A DNA stretch of 64,000 bases from Dipteris shenzhenensis. Lineage: Eukaryota. The notes under the pieces were generated by a model. The model had not been told where the DNA came from. It ran no database searches and saw only the letters and a list, made by a program, of their open reading frames with translations. The stretch is taken from NCBI GenBank assembly GCA_047967505.1, contig CM106538.1. One strand, written 5' to 3'. Below are positions 12,941 to 25,620 of this stretch, one piece after another (the first letter of the stretch is position 1; every line of letters begins with the position of its first letter). Both the position numbers and the translations under genes were made by a program.

Positions 12941-15296
12941 CGAGGTGACTACTTCAGCCCCATCTTGTTGATTCTTCATCCACTTATGCACCCATGCTGT
13001 TTCCTTAGCTGTGGATAAAGTGGCTATATGCTTCACAATATTAGGGTCAATATTGCATTGACCAGTAGGGATATCTTTTTCTATGAGCAAATATCTAATC
13101 AGACTATCTAGTGCATCATGTTTCACGTATATGTTGATGCAGTCCTCCATGCAATGATCTTTGTCCTTCCTGCCAAAAAACCATTCTTTCTTGAGGAGTT
13201 TTTCTGTTGCCATTGTTACATAGCTATTTGGAAAATACTTCACGAGCCTCCACATTCTTACTGTCATCTCTTTTTTCTTAACCTTTGACTTTTGTGATAG
13301 TAACAAAGGACCTTCATAAGTAATTTCACCCTTCTCATATGCACTGCAAATTGCCACAACTTGCTTAAACACCTCCTTAGGTCAAAAAATTATACTTGTG
13401 TAGTAAACATATCTATCTCTTGCTACCTTGAAGCTTGTGAGAGATTCTTCCCGTTTTTGACTTCCCCTTGGTACAACTACACTTAAACATGTATAACAGT
13501 TGACTAATGTGTCTGCATCCACTTTTGTGGTAGTTCTTTCCAAATTTGTTGGTGGAGAACCAAGTGTAGTCCATAGATGCCTCGCTTTCATTAGGATTTC
13601 TGATGTTGAGGTTATCTTACGTTTTGCAAAAATATCATGATTCAGTCTTTCGGAATCAATCAAATATTTTGTTGGATGCTTAAAAATGCATATTGTAGCC
13701 ATATAAAAATTGAAGGGAAAAACCTTTGACATTTTCTCTGCAGTGAGTCTTTTGGAGTCCCTTGCTTGTCTAGCAAGTTCATTACAGGCATATGCATAAT
13801 GCTGACCATCAATCGGCTCAAATTTACAATGCGGCAAGAAATTTCTCTTTGCCTCTTTCAAAAATTTCTTGGAATTTGCCTCTACCTTGTTCATGTGGAA
13901 TTTGTCGAAGGCTTTGTGTGAAGAATTTTTTAAAAGTCTCCTCAAAATGGGTAGGTCCTTCAAACATAACTCCATTGTCATGGCTACCTATATTTGGACA
14001 TGACATGATTGGGCATAAGACTACATTAGAGACCATGGGTTTCTTGCGATCCACCAAAGCCTTGAATATTTGCATCGCATAAGATATATCAAGATTCCTA
14101 TTATTGGTAAAAATAGTTGCTGACTCCACATCTCAAGCATTCACACCATAGGGCTTTTGTCCCCATATATATCCGACATCATCTTCTGTGATCGTCTCAT
14201 TGAGATGCAAATTGAGATTCTTTATTGACATGAGCTCATCTTGATCTTCCTCTACCTCTTGATCTGACTCTTCTTCCTCTATATTTTCTTTGTCCTCCTC
14301 TTTCTCTTGTACCTGAAGTTTGTGAGCTGAGGAACATTGTCTTTCTTTCAAAGTAGCCTTTGGAATTGTGTCCTCTTTATCTTTTACCTATATTTTTTGA
14401 ATGGAGGAATGTTGTCTTTTTGTGAAACTAGCCTTTGGAACTGTGGCCCTTGCAGTATTAATATTTTCTATTTTGCGTCTTTCTTTTCCTTTGATAGGTT
14501 GCACCAAAGTGGATGTGGCTCATCCTTCCTCTTTCTCTATCTTTTGTATTTCTTTAGGCTGCAATGGTTGTGTTGCTTCTTCATTTTTCAGTTAGAACGT
14601 AGCATCTACTTCTGTTTCTATCTCAAAGAGTTTGCGTGTAGACCCTTGATGTGGGGCTCCTTGTCTAGGCTACTTCTAAGCCAAACTAGGAGCCCTCTTA
14701 TCCTACTTGTCTCCTCTTTGTTTCTTAACCAAACTAGCATCCATTTGATCCTGCTTGTGCCCTCCCTGCTCTTAACTGAATTCAGGTTCTATCTTGAGTG
14801 ATGATGTATTAAAGTACTCAACCATAATCTTTTGACACAACCTACTTGCCTCTGCATTTGGAAATTTACTCCATTCATCCATGTGAGCCTGTAATGGAGT
14901 TTGTAATTCTGTAAAGTTTGATGGTGGAGGAGGTGGCATTGCGAACCTATTTAGACCTCTTGATAAGATAAAATGATAACCCCTAATACTAGGTTTTGAA
15001 CACTTCACAAAAATATCCAAGTATGGGCTCTTTGGTTCTATAGTAATTCCCACAACCATGCTAGAAGTTATATCTTTCTTAGAGAAGCTTGCATTCCATG
15101 GCTCCTCATTTTGCTCCATATCTTTCCTTGACATCCTCAGATGTAGCTTAGTTTTTCTTTGAATGAGAAACCAAAGTTTTCTTCCCATGTGCATGTGAGT
15201 CCACTTCCCTTCAAAGTTACCAGGGTCATACTCTTTCCCATTGAAATGTAAGGTGGTGCTAGAGACAAAAGCTCTAATATCTTGAGAGTGCTCCAT
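12941..15296 (-). pseudogene. Decayed ~785-codon gene: N-terminal domain, charged linker, ParB/Sulfiredoxin (DGQHR-like) domain and helical C-terminus, truncated by an LTR
   Basis: ORFs 14772-15296, 14133-14351 and 13824-14129 share one frame. Removing 1 bp at ~13829 joins 13382-13981 and 12935-13372. There are nine in-frame stops (TAA/TAG/TGA). Motifs are NRNLDISYAMQIFKAL...VVLCPI...FEPIDGQHYAYAC...SERLN. Confidence 0.65.
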
Positions 15297-15387
15297 AATA
15301 GCTGAAAACCCTACATGAAAAATAATTCACAAGACTTTAGATACAATGCTTTAATAAAATAGCCAATAAGGCATTAAAGTATAAACT

Positions 15388-15523
15388 AAAAGACAATATA
15401 TATTTGCCCATCATACTGTAATGTGCCTAAGCTGAAAGACAATGCATTTTGCCTATCATATTGTAATGTGCCCAACCTGAAAGACAATGCATTTTGCCCA
15501 TCATACTATAATGTGCCCAAGCT
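15388..15523. repeat. Three tandem ~45-bp units
   Basis: AGACAATGCATTTTGCCCATCATACTGTAATGTGCCCAAGCTGAA-like units at ~15391, 15437 and 15482. Confidence 0.85.
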
Positions 15524-16039
15524 GTAATGTGTCCACTGATACAATTAAGTGTGTGTCCATTTAACAAAACCTTTGAATGGCTGATCCAAATAGCCTCAAA
15601 GGCTTTACAAGGCTCAATATATATAAATAAATTAAAAAATAATAGTCAATAAGGCTTTACAATGAGATGAGCAAAAACAAAACTATGATCCATCATTAAC
15701 AATAACATTGTGTCCACTGAAACTCTGACTCTGATGTGTCATCTATCATCTGAAACTTTTCTCATAGGGTTGTGTTATGAGTGTGATTTCAACCGCATGT
15801 GAACGTAGGACTGACGCCGATTAGGAACTAGTCGAGAATTTTTGAGCATGGCTTTGATTGGTTCTTTTGGAGTTCTCTCCTCTATGGATAAACTAATCTA
15901 TGCTAATCTAAGCTATACCAACCGTCGAATCGAAGAAAATGCAAGAAATAATTTCATTTTCATATTCATTTTAATAGGTTACCTGCAAGACGAGTTATAA
16001 ACAAATTTTGATTCTTTTCACATATAATTAAAGTATATT

Positions 16040-17010
16040 TAATTTAGCAAAACATTTTAAACTAAATTAAATATACATTTAATGTAAAATGAATTAAAAA
16101 TTAAAGATTAAATAAAAATTACAAACTCATGAAATAGAGAGTATGTAAAGACAAAAATTATAAACTAAGGTAAAATAATTAAAAATAAAATTATGAAATG
16201 ATAGACATAAAAAACATTCTTCATTTTTTTTCTCTTATATATATATATATATGTATGTATATACATATATATTCATGTATATATATATATATATATATAT
16301 AGCAAAATATTTTAAACTAAATTAAATATACATTTAATGTAAAATGAATTGAAAATTAAAAATATAAATATATTATCTAAGATAAACTTAAATTCAAAAA
16401 TACAAAAAATTTATATACTAAATTCATTAATTTTGATTTAAATAAAAAATGATATACAAACTAATGAGATAAAAATTATGTAAACACATAAATTATAAAA
16501 TAAGATAAATAATTAAAAATAAAATGGTGAAATGGTACATCTCCCTCTCCACTTTATGCTAGATTAACTAACAACTAATTAGTTAAGTAACTAGTCAACT
16601 AAATAATTAGCTAATTAATTAATTAATTGATTAGTTAATTTACTAACCCCCTCCCCTATAACCCCTCCTTATTAATTAACTAATTAATTTAGTGACCCCC
16701 CTCCCCTTATCCCTTATTAAATAACTAATTAATCTACTAACATCCTCCCCTATAATCCCTCCCCTTAACTAATTAATTTAATAACCCCCTTCCCTATATA
16801 AGGGGAAGGGGGTTATAACCCCTCCCCTTAACTAACATGCCTCCCTTATAACCCCCTTAATTTACTAACCCCCCGCTCTTATAACCCCCTTCCCCTTAAC
16901 TAACCCCCCTCCCTTATAAGCCCCTAACTTACTAACCCCCCTCCCTTATAGCCACCTTCCCCTTATTCCCTAGTGGCCGAGGGGAAATTCACTTCCCCCT
17001 TTCCCTTATT
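16040..17010. repeat. AT-rich duplicated block, (TA)n, and an array of short TAACCCCCTCCCTTATAA / TAATTAATTAAC repeats
   Basis: AGCAAAA(C/T)ATTTTAAACTAAATTAAATATACATTTAATG occurs at ~16046 and ~16301. A C-tract motif recurs more than 10 times in 16640-17010. Confidence 0.75.
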
Positions 17011-17932
17011 CCCTGGCAGCAGTCACAGCCGCCAAGGAATAAGGGGAGGGGATCCACGTTCCCTCATCTCCTCCTTCTATTACCTTTCGTTCGAGTCCCA
17101 TCCCCTCTCTTCCATTGTGTTGCGATGAAGATTCGGATAGAGCGACAGAAGTTTGGAGACTCGACACAAGTTCGGGGGGTGATTGGGCGATTAAGGGGTG
17201 GGAAGAAAGGGGATTATGGGATTAAGGCAGTGGTGGAGATTAACAGGTGGGGAGAAAGGGGAGGAGAGAGGAAAATCTCTACCTGTTAGGATCGTTGGGG
17301 TCGACGACGATGAATTAGGGGAGAAGGAGATTGGGAAAAGAAGAGGCGAGGAAAGTGAGAATAGAAATGAGAAGGATTCAAATTTCTAGAGAGTTTAGGA
17401 GAAAATTTGCCCGAGAGATTTAAATTTGAAATATAAACTAAAAGTGCAAGAGGATTTGGATTTAAACTACAAACAAAAGAGCCGACATTCTCCTAAACAA
17501 AAAACCCAACATTCTTGTAAACATTCTTTCATCCTTTCCTCACTGAACACGCATGACATTCTCTTTCCCAAGACTTCCTATCGACAATAGTACACAAGTA
17601 AGAGATCTTTCTGACACTTTCTCTTTGTTGTATTTTTTAAGAGTATAACACTTCTAGTTGGCTCCCTCCCAATTTCTTCTCACTCCCTTCTCTTGTACTT
17701 CTACTTCATTTCCCATCCCAATTTCTTCCAACCTTGTTCTCTCCCTCCATCCCACTCCCGAACGTTCGTTAATTAAAATATCCATCGACGTTCAAATGTC
17801 CATCACTTGCCACAACATCGATTTCTCATCGTCCCCTGCTACAGCATCAATTTTCCATCGTTGCCGGCCACATTGCTTGCCTCATTCAAAAATTTATGTT
17901 CAAAAATTCCTCATGGAAGGTCGCATATTCCT

Positions 17933-18009
17933 AAGTATTATTCTTATACAAAGCATCCGTTTTGTCATTCATAGTAGTTTTCCATTCTGGCTTGTCTACT
18001 ACATCTTCG
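17933..18009 (-). pseudogene. 77-bp fragment of copia family C (RT start)
   Basis: Encodes EDVVDKPEWKTTMNDKTDALYKNNT, matching ~50328-50403. Confidence 0.85.
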
Positions 18010-18361
18010 TGTAAAGATAGTGGGAGAGAGGGAAGGAGTCTCACTTGCGGCTTTCTCACATACACAATGGGGGAATACACACAGAGGTGGAGGCTGAAAA
18101 CAATTTTCCTCTTCTTAGTTGTGAAAGCCAAAAGAACTCTTGTACAAAGAAATAGAAGAACCCTATATGTGGGTCTTAAACCAAACTCAGCTAACTAAGG
18201 TAGCATACTAACTGAGCCACGAACTAGAGTACATAAGGATAGCTTTCATCCAACTATTATTTGTGGGCGGTGTACCAACCGCATCTGCAGCTAACAAGTC
18301 GGTGACATAAATGCACAACGGTCACCCTGGCATATCACGAGTGGAGCTCGATATCTCAACA
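18010..18361 (-). repeat. 3' LTR of B1 (352 bp)
   Basis: TG...CA ends. Matches 23790-23940 and the reverse complement of the B2 LTRs. Confidence 0.95.
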
Positions 18362-20749
18362 CTCAAGCTCAATCCCAATTCCTGCACACCAAGCAGGTCT
18401 CTGAACTTGCGTAGCTTCTCTGTGCCCAATGCCTTCGTGAATATGTCAGCTACTGATCCTCTGTGCTAACATAAACTAGATCAATAAGACCTAGTAAAAC
18501 CTTGTCCCACACATAGTGATAATGCACCTCAATGTGCTTTGTTCTAGCATGATAGACTGGGTTATTTTCCAAGTGTATACTGTTCATGTTGTCACAATAA
18601 ATGACAACTGGCACATCTGTAGACTGATGCATATCATAAAGTAGCTTATGCAACCAAGCTACCTCACATGCAGCTATTGCTGCACCCCTGTACTCAGCCT
18701 CTGTGCTTGACAAGGCAACTGTAGGCTGTTTCTTCCTACTCCAAGTGACTGCAGCACTCCCAAAAGAGAACACATATCCACTGGTAGATCGTCTATCAGA
18801 AATACTACCAGCCCAATCAGCATCAGTGTATCCATGCAACTGTGTATGAACCCCAACCTCATAAAATAGTCCATACTGCAATGTGGACTTCACATGCCTG
18901 AGTATGCATCTAGCTGCATCCAAATGTGGTTTCCTTGGAGCCTGCATAAATTGACTTACCAATCCAACAGCATAGCTCAAATCTAACCTGGTGATAATCA
19001 TATAAATCAAACTTCCTACTATGTGTCTGTACATAGTAGGGTCTTCCAGAAGCTCACCTGCATCTGCACTCAGCTTCACATTCTGCTCCAAAGGAACTGA
19101 AATAGGCTTACAGCCTATCATCCCATATTTGGACAGCATGTCCAATCCATACTGCCTCTGCAAGAGCCGTATCCCACTTGGTGATCTAATCACCTCAATG
19201 CCCAAGAAATAAGGTAGCTCTCCCAAATCCTTTATCTCAAACTTCTGCTTCAATAGCATTTTCACATGAAGGATATCTTCATTACTATCACCTGTGATGA
19301 TCAAATCGTCAACATAAATGACAAGCAGCATAATACCTTTCTCTGTTTTTCTCACATAAAGTGTGAAATCTGCCTTGGAAATCTAAAAGCCAATAGTGAC
19401 AAGATACTATCTTATCTTGTCAGACCATGCTCTAGGTGTTTGCTTCAAGCCATACAAGGCTTTCTTCAACCTACAAACAAACTCAGGATGAACAGCATGG
19501 ACATAACCTGGTGGTTGCTCCATAAAGACCTCTTCTTACAAATCAGCATGCAGGAAGGCATTCTTTACATACATCTAATGTAAAGACCATCCCTTTGATG
19601 CAGCCATAGCAATGACTACTCTTATGGTTGCCATCCTTGCAACTGGACTGAATGTTTCTTCATAATCAATGCCATATGTCTGTGCATACCCCTTGACAAC
19701 TAATCTTGCCTTGTATCTGTTCACAGAACCATCTGCATTGTGCTTGACCTTATAAACCCACTTATAGCCAATTGCATTCTTGTCTTTAGGCAAAGGCACC
19801 AATTCCCATGTAGCATTTGCTTCCAAGGCATCCATTTCTTCATCCATGGCTTTCTCCCATTTTTCTTTTCCCATGGCTTGCTCAAAAGAAGTGGGTTCTG
19901 GTTCCTGTATCACTTTGACCATATATGCATAGTGAATGGCTGTAAGTCCATCATATTTCAGCCCATCCACAGGATACTTGACTCTGGTAGACCTGCACAA
20001 AATAGGCTCACTACCAGCTGCTCTCAAAACATCCCTGGTCTACCTTACTCCAGGTGTAACAACAGAAGGAATACCCAACTCATCATCAATGCTCTGTTTT
20101 GAGCCACTAGATTCACCATCCACATAAGAGTGACTTGCATTCACATCAAACATGGGCTGATCTACCTTCTCTTTTCCTTTTTGTGATACCGGCATACCAC
20201 TATCTGCATTGCTTTGCGGAGATTCTCCTGATCTCAATTTGCTTGTCCATGGCGAAGTATGTGAACCACTGCTAGAGGACACTACAAGTCCACTAATATT
20301 TTGTGATTGCTCCTATGAATTCTGTGCAGCATTACCATTTTGTGCATCTACATCATCAATCACATTTACTGGTTTATACCAGCTGCTCATCTCATAAAAA
20401 ACAACATCTCTGCCCACTGTAAACTTACGAGTAGAAGGGTTATAGCATCTATACCCTTTCTGCTGTAGAGAATAACCAATAAAGATGCACTTCTCAACTT
20501 TTGGATCCAACTTGGACCTCAACTCATCTGGCACATGAACATAGGCAATGCAACCAAAAATTTTCAAATGAGAAATATCTGGTTTCCTACCAGTATACAT
20601 CTCCTCTGGCATCATGCCATGTATTGTTGTAGTGGGAGTCCCATTCATTATGTAAACTGCTGTAGCAATTGCTTCAGCCCAATAATAATCTAGTAGGTCT
20701 TTTTCATTTAGCATGGCTTGAGATACCTCTCCAATATGACTGTTTTTCC

Positions 20750-21195
20750 CCCGGGGGATTCACTCTTCATGAAAGGGGGACGTCACCTGCATGCATGAAC
20801 TTCAAGAAAACCCCCTATTTAAGATCCATGTAGGATGATAAAACACCCCTATTTAAGCTTATAAGATACCACTGAAATTCTATTATTCCCCCCTTTCCTT
20901 AAATCTACATTCTTTCTCAAGCATTTAGATCACACAATAAGCAAATTTAGATTACTTTCCCTATGATGATTTAAAACCATACACAAAACCAAACTTGTTT
21001 GGACTACTCACCCAAGGTAGCCTATACTATGTCCCCCCCTCTTAAATATGGCATGGCCCCCCTAACTTAAATTCAATATTGGGAAAAAATAAAAATCCCC
21101 CCACCCCTAATGTATAAGCTTATGCCTCATTAAAAAAAACCCCCCTATTGTACACTCACGTGATATCATAAGTTTCCTCTTGTGAATCCCCCGGG
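20750..21195. mobile_element. MITE copy 1 (446 bp), inserted in B1 integrase
   Basis: TIRs are CCCGGGGGATTCAC / GTGAATCCCCCGGG. 8-bp TSD GTTTTTCC at 20742-20749 and 21196-21203. Confidence 0.95.
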
Positions 21196-21966
21196 GTTTT
21201 TCCTTTCTGCAAGTCCATTTTGCTGTGGGGTATGACTGCATGAATATTGCTGCTTTATGCCATGCTCCTGTAGGAACCTTGCAAACTCATTTGAGAGGTA
21301 CTCTCCCCCTCCATCTGACCTTAGGCATTTTATTTGCAGGCCTGTTTCTTTTTCAACCATAGCTTTAAAAGCTTTAAAGTGCCCAAACACTTCACTTTTC
21401 TATTTCATAAAATACACCCAAACTTTTTTGCTGTAGTCATCAATAAAAGTGACAAAATAGTGATAGCCTCCAATAGATGCAGCTTTAGTAGTCCACACAT
21501 CAGAGTGGATTAATTCCAATGGCTTCTTACTCTCTTGAACATGCCTAGGAAATGGTTTCCTTGCTTGTTTTCCAAATTGACAGGTTTCACATAGCTTATG
21601 CATTTCTGCAACCTTGAATTTAGGCAATCCTGCAACAATATTTTGGGCCTGCATTGATTTAAGTCACTGTACATTAACATGACCAATGCGTTTATGCTAG
21701 ATATCAATATTTGTAACTACACCGGTCCCATGTGCAAACATTGCTGCACTCAATTCAGGCATGTTCGCATCCAACGTAAACAGCTTGCCCTTCTTCTTTC
21801 CTTTTGCTATCAAGCGAACGTTATTTTTCATATCCTCAACAAAATATCCATGAGGATTAAATCTGACCTGCAAGCCCTGCTCAACCATTTGACCAATAAA
21901 AATGAGGTTCTTGGTGATGTTCGGGACATGAAATACATTAGACAGGTATTTCTTTTTCCCATCGTG

Positions 21967-22372
21967 CATAGACAAAGGCATTTTACCAATTTGCACAATA
22001 GGATGTGCAGTATCATCACCAGTCTCCACAAATCCTGGTCTTTCCATTTTCCTTGCATCTTGCATCCATTCTACATGACCTATCATGTGGTTTGACGCAC
22101 CTGAGTCAACATACCACACATCATTTCTTTCTTCTGCACTTGTCACAGAATTGGTCATGTGCTACACCATAGACAAAGGAATTTTACCAATTTGCACAAT
22201 AGGATGTGCAGTATCATCACCAGTCTCCACAAATCCTGGTCTTTCCATTTTCCTTGCATCTTGCATCCATTCTACATGACCTATCATGTGGTTTGACGCA
22301 CCTGAGTCAACATACCACACATCATTTCTTTCTTCTGCACTTGTCACAGAATTGGTCATGTGCTACACCATA
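21967..22372 (-). repeat. 201-bp in-frame tandem duplication spanning the B1 protease active site
   Basis: CATA microhomology at 21967, 22168 and 22369. WYVDSGASNHM is encoded twice. One mismatch seen. Confidence 0.95.
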
Positions 22373-23940
22373 AACAGATGCTCATTTCTGTCATCACCCT
22401 GTCTACTAGAAGATGCATAATTGCCTTGTTGCAATTTTCCATTCATAATGTCATTCTGCTTTTGGTAGCAGTCTTTAGCCATATGACCCATTCCACCAAA
22501 ATAGTAGCATTCAACATTGTTGTTTGCATTTTAGCCTCTCTGCCATCCACCACGACCTCTTTGGTTCCCCCTGCCTCTAGAGTTACCACGTCCTCCTCCA
22601 AAGGACTGGTTTTCTTGAGTTTGCTGCATATTTTGATTTCTACCACGGCCTCCAGATCGACCTCCTCTACCTCTGCCTCTACCTCTTCTAGCATTTGAGT
22701 AGAAGACAGTTTCTTTTGAAGTTTTTCCTGAAGAAGATGCACCACCATTTCTCAGCTCTTTAGAAATTAGAAGAGCAAACAACTCCTAAAAATCAAGAAA
22801 TTTTTCACAGATGGCAATGGATGTCCAGAACTGTGCATAATCCTTTCCTAGACCATTCAAGGTCACAGAAACTAGATCATCATCTTCCACTGGCAACCCA
22901 ATGGAAGCAAGTGCATCTGCAATTTTCTTCACCTTCATGTGGTAGTCATTGATGCTCATATTTTCTCTCTGCACATTGTGCAACTCCTGCTTGAGTTGCA
23001 TTTTCCTGGCTTGCGTATTTGTGCTGTACATTTTTGCCAAAGTATCCCATGCCTCCTTTGGTATACTTGCATCCTGAATATGCACAATCATAGAATCCAA
23101 AATACTGATAGAAAGCCAGTACATAACTTTTCTGGCTCTCTCATGCCATCCTTTAAATGCCTACATTTCTTGTTGATTGGGAACATTAAAAAGAACTGGT
23201 TCTTCTTCATTTCTTGTAATGAACTCCCAATAGCCTTTTCCCATAAGGAAATTCGTTAGTCTAAACTTCCATGCATGGAAGTTGTTCTTGTCAAGCTTTT
23301 CAATGACAATCTATTCTGTCATTGCAAAAAACATAGCTTTTGCCTCACACGGGTAGATATGCAAAATTGACAAAAGTGGTATTTGACCACACAGTCACTT
23401 CCTAGTGACGATTTTGCATCAACAGGCAACAAGGATGATTCTGCAACTCCCAATATCTCTGCGCACAGGCATATGATGCAATTTCTGTGGCAACTTTTCA
23501 CCGACCTGCAGAGCGGTGGTCACACAACAAAAATAGGGCCTTTTTTTGACTACCCGTGAAGAACTTCTGCTTTCAAAATGGGCCTCAAAAGTAGCATATA
23601 CTGCCCTCTTGCCTCACCATGAAGGGCGTCTCAATCTGAGACAGTGCACTCTTGCACTTCCGACTGTGCTACCTGCAGAGATTTGCTCCCAAACTCAAAA
23701 AAGGAAAGCAACACTAGTCCTCTTACTAGGACACCGCGAACTTGGTTTGCTTTCTTGAGCTCCTTACCACGAACCAGGTTCTGATACCATGTAAAGATAG
23801 TGGGAGAGAGGGACGGAGTCTCACTTGCGGCTTTCTCACATACACAATGGGGGAATACACACAGAGGTGGAGGCTAAAAACAGTTTTCCTCTTCTCAGTT
23901 GTGAAAGCCAAAAGAACTCTTGTACAAAGAAATAGAAGAA

Positions 23941-25066
23941 GAAGGCTTTTGCCTTCATTAGGGCTTGTAGGGTTTAGGAGGAGTTTAAGGGTTAGAAGGA
24001 GGTTCCAGGGTTCAGAAGGAGGTTCCAAGTTTTAGAAGGAGGCCATGATTAGAAGGAGGTTCCAAGGTTCAGAAGGAGTCCAGGGTTAGAAGGAGGATCC
24101 AAGGTTCAAAAGGAGGATCCAAGGTTAGAAGGAGGTCGCAAGCCTGGACATGACATTTCAGAATGAATTGCTTTGGAGAAAAAGAAAGCAGGATTGACAG
24201 TTAATGCCTCTCATGCTATTGAATCCCATGAGCTAGAAGATGCTTCACATGTACATGCTCTTCAGGATGATTGGGCATGGGCTGTCCATTGCTCATTTGA
24301 TCCCTCCAAAGCTAATGCATTCTTTACTACTAATGATGCTCAGTCTTGGTACTTTGATACTGGTGCTTCCAAACATGTCACATCTTGCAGACAGTTGTTT
24401 CATTCTTTAGCTGATGCACCTCGAGGGGGGACTATCACATGTGCTAATAATGCTTCATATGCTGTAAAAGGAATTGGAGATGTGCAACTCACATCCATTT
24501 CAAGCCATCCTGTTACTATGACAAATGTTCTTTTTGTGCCTAGAATTGAAGTCAACTTGATTTCAATTTTAGTAACTACCACTTCAGGTTTCAGAGTTAT
24601 TTTTAATGGCTATAGATGCCTAGTTTATGATCTTCGTGATGATAATGCCATAGTTCTCACTGGCACTTTGCAAAAGGGGCTTTATCACCTTGTCAAACTC
24701 ACATAGTTTCCAAACATGTGTGTGAGGGTTGTCTTTTGGGTAAGATGCATCGGTTTCCTTTTCAAAAGAATTGTCCAAAACTCTCACAAAGGAAATTGCA
24801 ACAAGTGCACAGTGATGTTTGTGGCCCAGTGAGGACAAATGCCATTGGAGGGTACAAATATTTCATGACTCTCATTGATGATTTCACAAGATATTGCTGG
24901 ATATATACCTTAAACGCCAAATCTGAAGTTTTCTTATATTTCAAAGGTGGCTGAATATGGTTGAGAATGAATCAAGATGCAAGCTTGTCACCCTCAACAC
25001 AGATAGGGAGGGAGAGTATATGTCTAAGGAGTTTGATGCATTTTTGTCTTCACGGGGCATTATTCA
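23941..25066 (+). pseudogene. Copia fragment D (gag C-terminus with ~19-bp repeats, protease, GAG-pre-integrase, integrase N-terminus)
   Basis: WYFDTGASKHVT, CEGCLLGKMHR, VHSDVCGP, DREGEY. Confidence 0.9.
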
Positions 25067-25069
25067 CTC

Positions 25070-25620
25070 AATGCACTACTCCACAAAGGGTTTAGGGGGA
25101 GCATAGGAGTGGGAGAGAAAGAAGGTGTAAGAGCATGGGGGAAAGAAGAGAGAGGAGGGAGGAGGAGGAGGAGGGAGGAGGAGGAGAGAGGAGGAGGCAG
25201 AGGAGGGAGGACGAGGAGAAGGAGGGAGGAGGAGGGAGGAGGAGAGGGAGAGGATGGGTTGCAAGGTTGGAGGAGAGGGGAGGAGGAGTTGTAAGGCTAG
25301 GACATGCTTTTGGATGTGGAGTGCAAGGAAGCATGGACACTTGAGACAAATGCTTGGAATACCAAAGTAGACTCAACACAATGCCCCAAAGAGTGTGGGC
25401 TTCATTCCATTATGGGGTATTTATACAAGTTGGAGAGCTTCTCTCTCTACATGTAGGAATTGTAACACATTCTCTCTTTACATGTAGAAGTCATATGTAG
25501 AAGTTGTAACACATTCTCTTTCTACATGTAGAAGTCGTATGTAGAAGTTGTAACACATTCTCTTTCTACATGTAGAAGTCATATGTGGAAGTTGTAACAC
25601 ATTCTCTTTCTACATAAGTC
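25070..25620 (-). repeat. Probable LTR fragment with a 44-bp tandem array (25440-25615) and purine-rich tract
   Basis: The minus strand has TATAAATACCCC (~25414-25425) followed by a CT-rich leader. TTGTAACACA recurs at 25460, 25504, 25548 and 25592. Confidence 0.55.

Larger units (their letters stand above)
18010..23940 (-). mobile_element. Ty1/copia element B1 (5' LTR truncated)
   Basis: 3' LTR at 18010-18361 and gag-pol at 18324-23318 with many stops. PBS at ~23778-23789 and partial 5' LTR at 23790-23940. Same family as 55010-60584. The PPT has lost 6 bp. Confidence 0.95.

Noticed and set aside
25076-25379. Glu/Gly/Arg- or Pro/Ser-rich ORFs
   Set aside because: These come from the low-complexity purine tract of a probable LTR.
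25440-25615. 44-bp periodic repeat as a possible CRISPR array
   Set aside because: It is head-to-tail tandem with no unique spacers.
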